Shown: positions 54,846 to 64,000 of the stretch, in pieces
Layout of the letters: the number at the start of each line of letters is the position of its first letter
How positions within the stretch are numbered: position 1 is the first letter of the stretch
Source: an uncultured Alphaproteobacteria bacterium
Lineage (GTDB): Bacteria; Pseudomonadota; Alphaproteobacteria; Rhizobiales; Aestuariivirgaceae
DNA length: 64,000 nt
NCBI GenBank assembly: GCA_963700735.1
Contig: CAVOYR010000002.1
Location: 34,460-98,459, forward strand
Direction: 5' to 3'
The notes under the pieces: generated by a model
Database searches by the model: none
Told to the model about the DNA's origin: nothing
The model's input: only the letters and a program-made list of their open reading frames with translations
Translations under genes and position numbers: made by a program

Positions 54846-55298
54846 ATGATTGAACCTCCGCTTGCAGCCATAGATCGAAAACTCTGAAAATATACTTGTG
54901 AAAACCAAATGCTGCATAGTCAAGCTGGAGAGGCAACAAAGGTTGGCCGGTGCCGTCGCTGAAACCTGGTCGAGTGTCCGCTTCTGAAATGGAGACGTAT
55001 TGAATAACTTTGAAGGCACGGCTGAAACCATACTGGCCGCCATTAAGGAAGGCAACCAATGAGCCCCCCTTGCGAGAACCAAGGATTTGGTCTTCGCCTA
55101 AATCCCCCTTTTACATTCTCCCCCTCGAGGGGGAGAACAGAAGTCTGCCGTGGGCTCCAAGCAGCCAATCGAAACAGCAGCCTGCCAGGCTGACAGGGGC
55201 GACACGCACCCCTAAGCCCTTGACTGCTTGTCCGTTGTTGACACCGGCGCTTGCTTGCCGCCCTGGCAGGCCCCAAACCTCGGTCCCGCCCGCACACC

Positions 55299-56460
55299 CT
55301 ACGCGGCAGCGATCTTCTTCTGCGGATCATGGAACGGCCGCTCCACAATGGTGGCACGCACCGTCCCGGCTTCGTTGACAAGCCCGGTCTTGTTCACGAC
55401 ATCGACCTTCGCTCCCACATCGGCATGCCCTGCAGCAACCATCGCCAGCGCGATGTTCTGCTTCAAGCCGTGGTGAATGGATCGCCGACGTCACCTTGCC
55501 GATGGTCGCACCATCCTTGAGGATCGGCCAGAACGTGGTGTTGGGCCCCTTCAGCGGCGCGCCCTCGATCACCAGTCCCACCTGCTTGCGCTGCACGCCT
55601 TGCCTCTTGATGCGGCGCAACGCCTCCTTGCCGATGAAGATGACCTCCATGTCCAGGTTGACCAGCCGGTCCAGCCCCAGCTCATAGGGGTTCGTGTTGA
55701 TGTCCGCATCCGCGTGATAGGACAGCATGCCGCCTTCGATCCGGCGGATCGATGAGGTGTGGCCCGGCTTCAGCCCGAACGGCTTGCCGGCCGCCATGAT
55801 CTTCTCCCACAGCTCGTCGCCGCGCGATCCGTCACGAAGGTACAGCTCGTATCCAAGCTCGCTCGACCATCCGGTGCGCGACACCACCAGCGGAATGCCG
55901 TCCAGTTCAACCTCGCGCAGCCAGTAGTATTTCAGGTCCATGATGCCGTCACCGAACAGCGCTTTCATGACCTCACCGGACTTCGGGCCCTGCAGCTGAA
56001 GCGGCGAGACATCCGGTTCGCGGATGGTGACATCCAGGCCCGCATGCACGGCCACTCCTTGCGCCCACAGCAGGATGTCGCTGTCGGCCAGCGAGATCCA
56101 GAAATGGTTCTCTGCCAGCCGCAGCAGGATCGGGTCGTTCAGAATGCCGCCGTCGGCATTGGTGATCAGGATGTACTTGCACTGCCCGACCGCCATTTTC
56201 GACAGGTCGCGCGGGGTCAGCATCTGGGTGAACCTGGCCGCATCCGGCCCGGTGATCTCGACCTGCCGCTCAACTGCCACGTCGCACAGGATCGCGTCGT
56301 TGACGAGGTTCCAGAAGTTCTGTTCCGGGTCGCCGAAATCGCGCGGGATGTACATGTGGTTGTAGACCGAAAACCCTTGTGCTCCCCAGCGGATGGTCGC
56401 CTCGAAATAGGGGGATTTGCGCACCTGCGTGCCAAACCCGAAGTCACTGGATTGTTTCAT
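55299..56460 (-). CDS. GcvT/DmdA-like aminomethyltransferase; frameshift near 55465
   Basis: YNHMYIP, CDVAVERQVEITGPDA, SRTGWSSELGYE, RRIEGG; natural C-terminus NIALAMV..ERPFHDPQKKIAAA* is in another frame. Confidence 0.88.
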
Positions 56461-56621
56461 TGTCTTCACCCTTGTTGCCCGCGGCGGTGTGCGCGGTGGC
56501 CTGCCTTTTGCGGGTGGAGTGATATCAGCAGGCAGGGCCTGGTTTCGGACTGAAAACGGGCCGGGGGCAGGACCAGCCGGACTGTTTTGGCGAACCTTTC
56601 AGGCCGTTTGGCCAGGTGGCG

Positions 56622-57144
56622 TCAGGAGCCGGTTCCGGCGGTGAGGCGTACAAGGTTGGGCGGCGCCGACTTGACCTCGCGGGTCACGATGTAGGTCATG
56701 TACCGGTCGATGCCCAGTTCCGCCGACCAGCAGCGACTCCATCAGGCCCTGGAAGGCCGCCATGTTCGGGCTCACGACCTTCATGACGTAGTCCATGCCG
56801 CCGCCGGTGGCGATGCAGTCGGTGATCTCGTCCAGCGCCCGGACGTGGGCCTCGAACCGGTCGAAATCGGCCTTGCGATGATGGGTCAGGGACACGGTCA
56901 CGATGACCTGCGTCAGGTCAACGATGCGCTCCAGCGCAATCACGCCGCGATAACCCCGGATGAAGCCCGCTGCCTTGAGCCGGTCGAGGCGCGCCCAGCA
57001 GGGCGTGGGTGACAGGTTGACGATCCCGGCCAGCCTGGCCTTGCTCAGCTGCCCGTGTGTCTGGATCGCGGCGAGAATGCGAATGTCTGCCGCGTCCAGG
57101 GCCGGGCTTTTCAGTCGTTCGGATCGTTCGGTGGGTTTCGCCAT
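56622..57144 (-). CDS. Lrp/AsnC regulator; frameshift near 56725
   Basis: LDAADIRIL..VNLSPTPCWARLDRL; C-terminus ELGIDRYMTYIVTREVK is in a shifted frame. Confidence 0.87.
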
Positions 57145-57202
57145 GCACGCATTGTTCCCGGCAATCCACCCCGCGACAAGGGCGAACCGCACGGCAATGG
57201 TG

Positions 57203-59185
57203 TCATGCGCCCTTCTTCGGCTTGCCCTTGAACTTCGGTGCCTGCTTGCCGCCCTGCTTCAGCTTGCGCTTGGGGCGGGCGTTGTCGGTGCCGGCGGGCT
57301 TGCCCTGCCACTTCGGCTTGGGTCCGTCGCGGCCGGCGTCCTTGCCACCATCGCCCGATGGCTTGCTGACCAGTTCGCCCGCATCTCCGTCGCGCTTGTG
57401 CTTCCACTTCGGCTTCGGACCAGAGCGGTCATAGGGCTTTCCGCCGGGCTTGCCGTCCTGCCAGCCGCCGGGCTTGCCACCCGGCTTGCCATCGCGATTA
57501 CGCTCCTTGTGGTCACGCGGCTTGCGGTCGCGCGCAGGCGGCGGCGACGTGTCCGGCTGCACGGCAGACAGGTCCGGCGGGCCGTCCAGCCGGGTCAGCC
57601 GCACGCCCGATTCCAGCTGCATCTGCGGCCCGACCGAGGCCAGGAACCCGTCCACGCTGCCGGCCTGTATCTCCACATAGCTGACCGCCTCGTGCACCCG
57701 GATCGCGCCGATGGTCTTGGCCGTGATGTTGCCCGCCCGGCACAGCATCGGCAGCAGCCAGCGCGGCTCGGCACTGCGCGACCGGCCGATGGAAATCGAA
57801 AACCACACGCTGTCGCCAAACGGCGCCTGCACGCGCGGGCCCCTTTCACGCGGGCCATCGTGGTCGCGGTCGCGCGGATGGGCCACCGGGTCCGGCGCGG
57901 ACAGCTCTTCGGGCGCCGACACCTTGGCCGTGTGCAGCCTGAGGTAGGCAGCCGCAAGCTGCTCAGGCGAAAATGCCGCCACCAGCTTGCCGACGAACTC
58001 GCGTTCCGTGTCGGTTATCTCTTCCTGCCACACCGGATCGGCCAGCAGCCGTTCCTCGTCGCGTGCCAGAACGTCCGCCGCAGATGGCGGCTCGCCCCAC
58101 TCAGCCTGTACCTTGGCACCCTGCAGCAGCCGTTCGGCCTTGCGCTGCGCCTTGGACGGCACGATCAGCGCGCTGACCCCCTTGCGCCCGGCACGGCCCG
58201 TGCGGCCGGACCGGTGCAGCAGCGTTTCGGAATTCGACGGCAGGTCGGCGTGGATGACCAGGCCCAGCTTCGGCAGGTCGATGCCGCGCGCGGCAACGTC
58301 GGTCGCCACGCACACCCGCGCGCGCCCGTCGCGCATCGCCTGCAGCGCGTGGCTGCGTTCGTTCTGGGTCAGCTCGCCCGACAGCGCCACCACCGAAAAA
58401 CCCCGGTTGGAGAACCGCGTCGTCAGCCGGTTCACCGCCTCGCGCGTGTTGCAGAACACCAGCGCGTTGTCGGCCTCGTAGTAGCGCAGCGTGTTGATGA
58501 CCGCATGCTCGATGTCGCGCGGATGCACGCTCAGCGCCCGGTACTCGATGTCGGCATGCTGGGTCTGCTCGGCCGTGGTGGTGATGCGGATCGCGTCGCG
58601 CTGGTACTTCTTGGCCAGGTTGGCGATGCTGCGCGGCACCGTGGCGGAAAACATCAGCGTGCGCCGCTCCGCCGGGGCCTCGCCCAGGATGAACTCCAGG
58701 TCCTCGCGGAACCCTAAGTCCAGCATCTCGTCGGCCTCGTCCAGCACGATGGCGCGCAGGCTGCCGGTGGCCAGCGAGCCGCGCTTGATGTGGTCGCACA
58801 GCCGCCCCGGCGTCGCCACGACGATGTGCGCGCCACGCGCCAGCGCGGTGCGTTCCGAACGCATGTCCATGCCACCCACGCACGAGGTCACCACCGCGCC
58901 TGCCTTGCCATAGAGCCACGCCAGCTCGCGCTTGACCTGCATGGCAAGCTCGCGCGTCGGCGCGATGACCAGAGCCAGCGGCTCGCCCGCCGGGCCGAAC
59001 ACCTCCGCACCGTCCAGCAGCGTCGGCGCGATGGCAAGGCCGAAGCCCACCGTCTTGCCCGATCCGGTCTGGGCCGAGACCAGCAGGTCGGCGCCATCGT
59101 AGTCAGGTTTGGTGACTTCGATCTGCACAGGCGTCAGATCGGTGTATCCTTGCTCTTCGAGCGCGGCAGCGAGAGTGTTTATCAT
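57203..59185 (-). CDS. deaD: DEAD-box RNA helicase with DbpA-type RNA-binding domain
   Basis: AQTGSGKT, PTRELA, DEAD, SAT, HRSGRTGRAG; basic C-terminal tail. Confidence 0.9.
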   Translation of the reverse strand: MINTLAAALEEQGYTDLTPVQIEVTKPDYDGADLLVSAQTGSGKTVGFGLAIAPTLLDGAEVFGPAGEPLALVIAPTRELAMQVKRELAWLYGKAGAVVTSCVGGMDMRSERTALARGAHIVVATPGRLCDHIKRGSLATGSLRAIVLDEADEMLDLGFREDLEFILGEAPAERRTLMFSATVPRSIANLAKKYQRDAIRITTTAEQTQHADIEYRALSVHPRDIEHAVINTLRYYEADNALVFCNTREAVNRLTTRFSNRGFSVVALSGELTQNERSHALQAMRDGRARVCVATDVAARGIDLPKLGLVIHADLPSNSETLLHRSGRTGRAGRKGVSALIVPSKAQRKAERLLQGAKVQAEWGEPPSAADVLARDEERLLADPVWQEEITDTEREFVGKLVAAFSPEQLAAAYLRLHTAKVSAPEELSAPDPVAHPRDRDHDGPRERGPRVQAPFGDSVWFSISIGRSRSAEPRWLLPMLCRAGNITAKTIGAIRVHEAVSYVEIQAGSVDGFLASVGPQMQLESGVRLTRLDGPPDLSAVQPDTSPPPARDRKPRDHKERNRDGKPGGKPGGWQDGKPGGKPYDRSGPKPKWKHKRDGDAGELVSKPSGDGGKDAGRDGPKPKWQGKPAGTDNARPKRKLKQGGKQAPKFKGKPKKGA

Positions 59186-59262
59186 GTGGGTGGCAATAAC
59201 GCCGTTCCGCGCCGATGTATAGCGCCGATAGCGCAACGGCCCTGCGGCCAAGTCGCCGTCAG

Positions 59263-59922
59263 TCAGCCCTTGCCCTTGCCCTCGAGCCCCGCCAGCGCCG
59301 CATCGCCCGCACCGGGGATGCGCATCTCGAACACGTCACGCACCACCGTGTAGTCGTAATAGCCCATCCGCGCGATCGGCTCGATCCGGCCGATGTCCAG
59401 CTTGCCGTCGGCCCCGATCACCGCATCGTCCACGTGGATGCGCTCGACCTGGGCGAACACCACGTCCACCGTGCCCACGGGCGATGCGCCTTTCAGCGTG
59501 TGGGTGGACAAATAGCGGCACTCGAAATGCGCCGGCGACTGCGCCACCCGCGGTGCGGCGCAATGCACCGAGGCCGCCTTGTCCACGCCCGCCTCGATGA
59601 ACTCGTCCACCTCCGGCGCCACCGCCATGGCCGAGATGTTCACCGCCTCGCGAAGCGCCCACGTCGCCATGTTCCACACGAACCACCCGGTCTCCTCGGC
59701 GTTGACCACGGTGTCCTTGCGCCGGCCGTCCGGATAGCGGTTGGCGGCAAACATCACCATCGGCGGGTCGAACGTCAGGTTCTGCCACTGGCTGTAGGGC
59801 GCAAGGTTTGCCACCCCGCCCACGCTCACCGACGACAGCCAGCCGATGGGCCTCGGCACCGTGCAGCTCTTGAACGGCGAGAACGGCAGCGGGCAGGCTT
59901 CCCGCGCGGGATCATATTCCAT
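59263..59922 (-). CDS. flavin reductase family protein
   Basis: VPRPIGWLSS..NLAPYS, KDT..N, PIARMGY. Confidence 0.9.
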   Translation of the reverse strand: MEYDPAREACPLPFSPFKSCTVPRPIGWLSSVSVGGVANLAPYSQWQNLTFDPPMVMFAANRYPDGRRKDTVVNAEETGWFVWNMATWALREAVNISAMAVAPEVDEFIEAGVDKAASVHCAAPRVAQSPAHFECRYLSTHTLKGASPVGTVDVVFAQVERIHVDDAVIGADGKLDIGRIEPIARMGYYDYTVVRDVFEMRIPGAGDAALAGLEGKGKG

Positions 59923-59933
59923 GACATTGTTTC

Positions 59934-59984
59934 CTTGTCGCGCAACTTGTCCGGAAACCGGTTCCCACTTTCCGGGTTGCGCTC
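59934..59984. repeat. RIME-like palindromic intergenic element, copy 2
   Basis: CTTGTCGCGCAACTTGTCCGGAAACCGGTTCCCACTTTCCGGGTTGCGCTC. Confidence 0.75.
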
Positions 59985-61015
59985 TAGACCTTCAAGATCA
60001 GCTTGCCGAAGTTCTCGCCCGTATAGAGCATGTTGAGCACGTCCGGAAACGCCTCCAGCCCGCCCTCGCGCACGTCTTCCTTGAAGGTCAGCTTGCCGTC
60101 CTTGTACCAGGTGCCCAGCTTCTCGTAGGCCTCCGGGTACTTCTTGATGAAGTCGAACACGATGAAGCCCTGCACCCGCAGCCGGTTGACCAGGATGGAG
60201 CGGAAATTGTACGGCCCCGGCACCGGCGAGGTGGCGTTGTAGGCCGAGATCAGCCCGCAGATGGCCACGCGCCCGCGAAAGTTCATCTGCGCCAGCACTG
60301 CATCGAGAATGTCGCCGCCGACGCTTTCGAAGTTCACGTCGATGCCGTCCGGACACGCGGCCTTCAGGTCATCGGCCAGCCAGCCGTTCTTGTAGTCGAT
60401 GGCGGCATCATAGCCGAACTCGGACGTCAACGCGGCGCACTTGTCCGCGCCCCCGGCAATGCCCACCGTGCGGCAGCCGTAAATCTTGCCGATCTGGCCG
60501 ACCACCTGCCCCACCGCGCCGGACGCGGCGGAGACAACCAGCGTCTCGCCCTGCTTCGGCTCGCCCACATAGGTGAGGCCCAGGTACGCGGTCAGCCCCG
60601 GCATGCCGAGCCCGCCGACCCAGGTCTGCAACGGCGCCAGCTTCGTGTCGGCATGCACCACGCCCTGCCCGTCCGACACCGCATGGCTCTGCGCGCCGAT
60701 CAGGCCGGACACCGTGTCGCCTTCCTTGAACTTCGGGTTGCGCGAGGCCTCGACCGTACCGGACGCGAACGCCCGCATGGTCTCGCCCAGGCCCACCGGC
60801 GGCACGTAGGACTTCGCGTCGTTGATCCAGCCGCGCATGGCCGGGTCGAGCGAGATGTAGGCGGTCTTCACGCGGATCTCGCCGTCGTTCAGCTCTGCCT
60901 GCGGCTCTTCGGCAACGGTGAAATCCTCGCGGCTCACCATGCCGTGCGGCCGCCGTGCCAGGCGGACTACCTTGTTCATCGTCATGTGGGATGGCCTCTT
61001 CTTGTCTTGCGTCAT
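59984..61015 (-). CDS. NADP-dependent oxidoreductase (CurA/PTGR-like MDR)
   Basis: YISLDPAMRGW, LGMPGLTAY, VSAASGAVG, CGLISAYN, GENFGKL. Confidence 0.92.
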   Translation of the reverse strand: MTQDKKRPSHMTMNKVVRLARRPHGMVSREDFTVAEEPQAELNDGEIRVKTAYISLDPAMRGWINDAKSYVPPVGLGETMRAFASGTVEASRNPKFKEGDTVSGLIGAQSHAVSDGQGVVHADTKLAPLQTWVGGLGMPGLTAYLGLTYVGEPKQGETLVVSAASGAVGQVVGQIGKIYGCRTVGIAGGADKCAALTSEFGYDAAIDYKNGWLADDLKAACPDGIDVNFESVGGDILDAVLAQMNFRGRVAICGLISAYNATSPVPGPYNFRSILVNRLRVQGFIVFDFIKKYPEAYEKLGTWYKDGKLTFKEDVREGGLEAFPDVLNMLYTGENFGKLILKV

Positions 61016-61372
61016 TCAGTTGAGGCGAACAGTGGACCGGGAGGGGACGATGGGGCAAGGGGGTGAAAATTCGGTTCAAGGACACCAATCATTCGACTAA
61101 CTCAATGGCGCTGTCTGTATTTGAGCCGTTGTTGGATCGCAATATTTGAAAGCAGGCATTAGAGAAAAAATTATACAACTCCCTACATATAATATAATTA
61201 AGAAATCGTATTCAATAATAATACAATATTTACCTATTCGGTTCTAAATAAAAATATAAATTATATTAAAAATGTTTTCTGCTATAGATGTCTACGTAAT
61301 TAAGATATTCTTGAAGATCTCCATTATTCTGTGACACCCGTCCAAATTTGTCTACGCGCTGATAGGAGAACA

Positions 61373-61942
61373 TTAGATCTTCGACCAATCAATCAGACCG
61401 TGGTCCTGAACGTGTTGAATGGCCTCAAACGCTACATAATCTCCAAAGATGACTAGGTTATTCCCCTCATATCTGGCGTTTGGTACCAGTATGGCTGAAG
61501 GGTCGCCCGGGTCTTCCGATCCCAAAAAATGTGCCGCCTCACCGATCTTTTGACATACCTCGTATTCGCCTTCACGCTTAAGATAAGGAAGCTTTCCGTA
61601 CGTCGTCATGTCGATCCCGAGGCTCGTAAGTAAGTGCGTGTCGGTGAGGTCAATGACGCCGTCAATCCGCACATGCAACTCGTGTAATCGATATTTGATC
61701 TTTGATGGTGCAATTGGTTGTCCTCGCGCCGTATGGTATTTCATTTCCGCGAGCGCGCCTTCGCGGCTCATTGAGGTATAAAGCACTTCGAACGTGCCAT
61801 CATCCCATCGGTTCCCGCCTGCAAAAAAGAGAGTTGGATCGCGCCCGTCGCGCGTTACGCGCCACACGCGCCCGTCATATGTCTGGGTTGCTAGTCTTTC
61901 CAGAGCATCAATGAGAGTGTGATCTCTGGGACCTTCAATCAT
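61373..61942 (-). CDS. RES domain protein (NAD+-targeting toxin family)
   Basis: VWRV..GNRWD..LYTS..ALAE..CQKIG..ILVPNAR..NLVIF. Confidence 0.88.
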   Translation of the reverse strand: MIEGPRDHTLIDALERLATQTYDGRVWRVTRDGRDPTLFFAGGNRWDDGTFEVLYTSMSREGALAEMKYHTARGQPIAPSKIKYRLHELHVRIDGVIDLTDTHLLTSLGIDMTTYGKLPYLKREGEYEVCQKIGEAAHFLGSEDPGDPSAILVPNARYEGNNLVIFGDYVAFEAIQHVQDHGLIDWSKI

Positions 61943-61945
61943 TAG

Positions 61946-62287
61946 TTACAGATATCCGTCAGCGTCCAGGCGATCAAGGACGCGGAAAATCTCCACCACC
62001 TCGCCGTCGTGGATCAGATCAATGGCCCGCTGCCCTTCCAGCTGCGGATGGCGGGCATAAAGCCAAAGCCTGATTTCGTCATTGGAGTAGTAGTCTTCCA
62101 GCCGCCGCACGACATAGATGAGGTCTGAGAGAACGCGCTCGCTATTCGGCTGAGGACGCTTCGTTCCATTGCGCCAACGCGAGACAGTAGCCTTCGAGAC
62201 ATCCGTGACATTGGCAATGTCCGTGCCATTCAAACCACCGATCTCCTCAAGTGCGGTAATGCTCCTTGCTATTGCTGTAGAGGTCAT
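61946..62287 (-). CDS. Xre/MbcA/ParS-like antitoxin (HTH + DUF2384-like)
   Basis: DIANVTDVSKATVSRW HTH; WLYARHPQLEGQRAIDLI C-terminal motif. Confidence 0.88.
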   Translation of the reverse strand: MTSTAIARSITALEEIGGLNGTDIANVTDVSKATVSRWRNGTKRPQPNSERVLSDLIYVVRRLEDYYSNDEIRLWLYARHPQLEGQRAIDLIHDGEVVEIFRVLDRLDADGYL

Positions 62288-63633
62288 AACTCGGTTCCAG
62301 TCTGGCTCAATGGAGTGCTCCGACGCAAATCGCCGATCGCTCTCACTGTTGCCCCCTGTTCCGTGCGCTCTTGTGCGAGTTTTTCATAGGTCCCCCTGAG
62401 CCTTTCTGATGCTGTGCTGAGTTTCACGAGCCGCACACGCAGCGTCGCCAAATCCACGTTCTTGGCCTTAGCAATGTCAGCCTTCGGATTCAATTTGGCG
62501 GCCTTGTTTGCCGTAGCCACTACTTCACGCATACGCTTGTCTGCAAAGTAATCCGGCCGATTGGCTGTTGGCACAGCGTCTATCTCGGCCAAACGGCGCT
62601 GCGCTTCACAGACATTGAATCGGCGCGGGTCCCGGCTAACATCTTCGACACCATTCGGAAGGACTGTTCTGTCATTAGGCAGCAGTACGGACTTTGCCCC
62701 ATGGGCAGTCAGCAGAACATCAAACTCTGCGCTGGTAAACGTGCACCCGAGTGCTGACACACCAACACGGGTGGAACGTCCTGCCGGCTTGTCTTTATCC
62801 CGTTCTTCCGGTGGCTCCGTCCATTTGTCAGCCGTAAACGATGATTGTTCGCCATAGCCATGGGAAATACCCGAGACTACATTCATTCCGACCAGCGCCT
62901 CTGCGGTCAAACCGCCCATATAATCCATCACAATGGGCTTGCCGATATTGTGCCAGCGGGACAGAGTTCGCACTAGGCGCTGAGCATTTAGCGGGCCGAT
63001 TGGCGTAGACATCGAGGCGCGAACCCAAAGATTATCATACGGTAAGTCTGATAGGTTCGGCATTAACTTCGATTGGAAGCCTTCGTCCATGAAGTCAGTC
63101 AAGCGTGCGGCCACAAGGTAGTCTATAGCAATAGTTTTTCCGCCCTCTGAATCCAGCGCCCGGCGCAATAGCACGCAGGCGTCATGGTCAATCTTTTGCC
63201 AGCCGTCAAAGCCTGGATCAGCGAGGTAATGTGACGGCGATAACACTGCGCTGACACCATACTCAACAGCGCACCGCGCAATCGAACCATATATGTCGGC
63301 TGGGTGGCTGGCCCGAAACATGTCCGGCGAAAGCGGCACACCACGGATCTCGGACGCCCATGGGGCCGAGGATGCAAGGCCTGCGCATTTCCGCCGTGCG
63401 GAGAGCTCAACAATTCGCGGGTCTAGGACAACCTCGGCACCCAGGCCCTGCAACATCTGTATGATGTCCCTTTGATAGGCGATCTTCGACCCATCAACCA
63501 CGAATCGTTTGCTCTGAATCACACCTTCGGCAGCGAGATCGGCCACCTTACGGTAACTCGTTTCCCCGAGGCGGATGTAGTGCGCCACTGGTTGAAAGAC
63601 GGATGCTTGCTTAGGAAATTCGATGATCTTCAT
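62284..63633 (-). CDS. 449-aa hypothetical protein, possibly a TIM-barrel (sce7725/beta-protein-like)
   Basis: Alternating beta/alpha pattern, VVLDP, VLSPSHY, GISHGYGE; ATGA overlap with the antitoxin. Fold is inferred only. Confidence 0.7.
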   Translation of the reverse strand: MKIIEFPKQASVFQPVAHYIRLGETSYRKVADLAAEGVIQSKRFVVDGSKIAYQRDIIQMLQGLGAEVVLDPRIVELSARRKCAGLASSAPWASEIRGVPLSPDMFRASHPADIYGSIARCAVEYGVSAVLSPSHYLADPGFDGWQKIDHDACVLLRRALDSEGGKTIAIDYLVAARLTDFMDEGFQSKLMPNLSDLPYDNLWVRASMSTPIGPLNAQRLVRTLSRWHNIGKPIVMDYMGGLTAEALVGMNVVSGISHGYGEQSSFTADKWTEPPEERDKDKPAGRSTRVGVSALGCTFTSAEFDVLLTAHGAKSVLLPNDRTVLPNGVEDVSRDPRRFNVCEAQRRLAEIDAVPTANRPDYFADKRMREVVATANKAAKLNPKADIAKAKNVDLATLRVRLVKLSTASERLRGTYEKLAQERTEQGATVRAIGDLRRSTPLSQTGTEL

Positions 63634-63831
63634 GGCGCGACCTTTCTGTTTCAGATCATAGTTTTGTGAAACACAAAAATCAATAGCAAATTCTCGTTGG
63701 TTAAGCCGCTGGCCACCCTTAGCACCTTTTGATGACTCCGAATGGTCGACCCGCTGGTGCCTGCATATCCGGTTTCACGCTGGCTCCACATGCTTCTGCA
63801 ATAAACAAGCACCTTGCTGTCTGCGTTACTC

Positions 63832-63860
63832 TTGACTTTATTCCTAAACCGCGCTATAGT
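63832..63860 (+). promoter_or_regulatory. sigma70 promoter of ncRNA copy 2
   Basis: TTGACT-N17-TATAGT. Confidence 0.75.
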
Positions 63861-63876
63861 CCCCCTCACCTGCCCT

Positions 63877-64000
63877 GGAAGGAAGGATTGGCTAGCGTCC
63901 CAGTCCCGGGGCATGGCGATGTGCGCCTCTCGCGGTCTGGTGAAGTAACGCCACCGGTTCACGAGAGGGGCGAAACCGGGATGTGCCGGTGCCACAGTTG
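63877..64000 (+). ncRNA. 5' part of the second copy of the large structured RNA (truncated by window end)
   Basis: Shares the 31-nt AGGAAGGATTGGCTAGCGTCCCAGTCCCGGG, GGTGAAGTAACGC and GAGAGGGGCGAAACCGG(A/G)ATGTGCCGGTGCCACAGTTG with 47365-47484. Confidence 0.7.

Noticed and set aside
47365-64000. The two RNA copies as att sites or direct repeats of one 16.5-kb integrated element
   Set aside because: The copies are clearly diverged, the intervening genes are mostly host-like, and no integrase is present.

Overview
High-GC alphaproteobacterial chromosome segment. Gene order (carB-greA-trxB-LysR) and repeat types suggest Hyphomicrobiales; this is an inference. The left 38 kb is mostly housekeeping, metabolic and envelope genes (carB, SulP, greA, trxB, LsrB/VtlR-like LysR, msrP, sigma54-driven Amt, aatA, tandem TadG-like proteins, L,D-transpeptidase, transporters, rlmJ). 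The right 26 kb is rich in REP-like palindromes and carries lower-GC defence-like islets: two HNH nucleases, a HEPN(RxxxxH)-TPR gene cut off from its ribosome-binding site by an IS5 element, and a three-gene operon of a 449-aa unknown, an Xre/MbcA-like antitoxin and a RES toxin. The most striking unexplained signal is a ~350-nt, promoter-driven, highly base-paired non-coding element at 47362-47716. A second, diverged copy starts at ~63880 and is cut by the window end. Each copy sits back-to-back with a different defence-like cargo. Also found: an AbcR-like sRNA candidate after the LysR gene, an EcfG-promoter sRNA candidate, two unannotated small ORFs, and a covarying palindromic element amplified both intergenically and inside uvrB. 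About seven single-base frameshifts in ordinary genes suggest long-read assembly indels. All family calls come from reading motifs by eye; no searches were run.
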